A DNA stretch of 64,000 bases from assembly GCA_009602735.1 (NCBI GenBank), contig WELA01001736.1:21837-85836 (forward strand), written 5' to 3'. Within the stretch, counting starts at the first letter, position 1; every line of letters starts with the position of its first letter. Made by a program: the position numbers and the translations under genes. Positions 62,401 through 64,000 of the stretch are shown piece after piece. This DNA comes from Mesotaenium endlicherianum (taxonomy: Eukaryota). The notes beneath the pieces were generated by a model, which did not search any database, was not told the DNA's origin, and saw only the letters and a list, made by a program, of their open reading frames with translations.

Positions 62401-62849
62401 TCCCGCCCACCCCAAGAAAAAGGGATCAACAAGTATGCCATGCCATGCTGCAAACCAACAGCATGATCTCCCGTGCGTGCGTGGATGGACGGCTGATCTG
62501 CGGAAGCACAGCACCCGAAGCTGCGCGTATCGAGCGAAGAGAAGGTGCTGGACGCCGTCGTGGTGTGGGCCGCCGACCGCGACGACGTTGCCAGCTGGCG
62601 GCACGCCTGCCAGGTGGCGCGGGAGGAGGGCGAAGGCGAAGAGGAGGAGGGGGGCGTGGGCCGCCTGGTGCGGCCGCAGCGCGTGCAGCAGGAGCTGGAG
62701 AGCCTGGTGGTGCAGCACGTGCGCTTCGCCCTCATGCCCCTCCCCCTGCTGCACCAGGTGCGCTGCACCACCCTTCTCTCTTGCCTCCTCCCCCCCCTGA
62801 CGAAAAAGAAACAATCTTGTCTAGAGTTGCTGTTACTCTCTTTCCCTTT

Positions 62850-62904
<55 letters not shown>

Positions 62905-63699
62905 TGCGCGCGCGTATGTGCGTGTGTGTGCGTCAGTATACATATATGTGCATGTGTGCCTCCACAGACAGGTGCATGTATATGCACATAGGAATGCGCA
63001 TCAACTTTTGTTCATATTTATGCAGGTGTTCATGTATGTGGATCTACGTGTGTTAGCGTGGATGTGCTGTTGTGAGGCATGCAGTCCTGCACCGCTGCCG
63101 CCCTTCTTCCTCACCTCTTCCGCATTCTACTTAGCAGCGTCAGTCCGTTCACTCTTGCTCCCCCCCCCCTGGGAGGATGACAGATAGATAGGCGACTGCC
63201 CGATTCGAGAAGGACGAGTTGCCTCCCCTGTGTCTCCCAGTCTGGCGCGTCTGGCTGGGCTGGGCCAAGCATCGTGACGGCAACAGCACGCTGTGTGGTG
63301 TTGGTGGGGGGGTTGATGTGCTGCTGCTGGTGGGGGTTGTGCAGCTGGAGGAGTCGGGGCTGTTCCGCTCCTTCTTCCCCGTCCACGACCTGGTATGCCT
63401 GCTCTCTCGCCTGCCGCCCGCCAGCTGGCGGCTAGCGCCCCCGTATGCCAGCTGACCTGTTGCCTCCCTGCTGGACGCTCGTGCCCTGATTTCCCCCCCC
63501 GATATTAGGGCTGTCAGCTGTCAGCTGTTGGTGGGTGACGCATGGCTCCCCCCGTCATGCAGAAGAAGCCCTCTCGTTCGCGAGGAGCTTCCCGCCTCTG
63601 AATCATTGCTGGCATGACTGCTGGTGGGGGTGACACATGGCAGATCTGGCAGGCCATTCAGTACTTGGAGCACGACTGCGAGGTCTCCTCCGACACCAG
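57434..63699 (+). CDS. BTB/POZ-BACK protein with an N-terminal farnesoic acid O-methyltransferase-like domain (At2g30600-like); incomplete, continues beyond the window
   Basis: Exons 57434-58174 (VVPPFECAW...NDVTVVFRE...[18 protein letters not shown]1), 58598-59176 ([19 protein letters not shown]), 60086-60346 ([19 protein letters not shown]), 61095-61259, 62512-62757 ([21 protein letters not shown]), 63345-63392 and 63644-63699. Confidence 0.9.
59331..59460. repeat. (CA)n compound microsatellite in a BTB gene intron
   Basis: Direct observation. Confidence 0.9.
62854..62930. repeat. (GT)n microsatellite in a BTB gene intron
   Basis: Direct observation. Confidence 0.9.
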
Positions 63700-64000
63700 G
63701 TAAAGCCCCCCCNACTTGCGCATGATCAATGAGAAGAGCACCTGTCTCAGATTTATTAGCATTGCAAAAAGGGGCCATACCGAAGAACCATTGCAAGCAG
63801 CGCAAAGGCACCCAACAGGTGGACGGGACTGCGGGCGGAGGCCGGGGGGCGGCATGGGGTGGGGCCCACACGCGCACACACGTGTCGCTTCCAGCTTTGT
63901 GTGAAGAGTACGTGACAACGCGCATACACGTTGCGCTCGTTCTCTGACAGGGGCGCGTGGCGCGTGGCCACGCGTATACACATGTCGCTCCAAATTCGTG

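Overview
Eukaryotic, intron-rich genomic DNA. Gene content, spliceosomal introns and (CA)n/(GCA)n-rich introns suggest a green plant lineage, most plausibly a streptophyte alga (inference). There are several assembly gaps. Host genes from left to right: an unidentified minus-strand gene fragment; a 6-exon ketose 3-epimerase (D-psicose/D-tagatose/L-ribulose 3-epimerase family) with a transit-peptide-like N-terminus; SRP receptor alpha; arginyltransferase ATE1; then a ~21.4-kb retrotransposon block (about 21300-42666). After the block come a partial DUF1664 pseudo-duplicate, an intronless SWIM+RING gene, a 12-exon DUF1664 gene, an EMB2752-like small protein, a PHT4;6-like anion transporter, and an At2g30600-like BTB/BACK gene that runs off the right end. 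The retrotransposon block has two parts. (A) A decayed Ty3/Gypsy element whose pol frame starts with a complete C5 cytosine DNA methyltransferase domain and whose integrase ends in a PHD finger rather than a chromodomain; this is the most striking feature of the window. (B-D) A nested set of three minus-strand Gypsy elements with resolvable LTRs, PBS, PPT and target-site duplications. Family assignments come from recalled motifs and manual reading, not from database searches.
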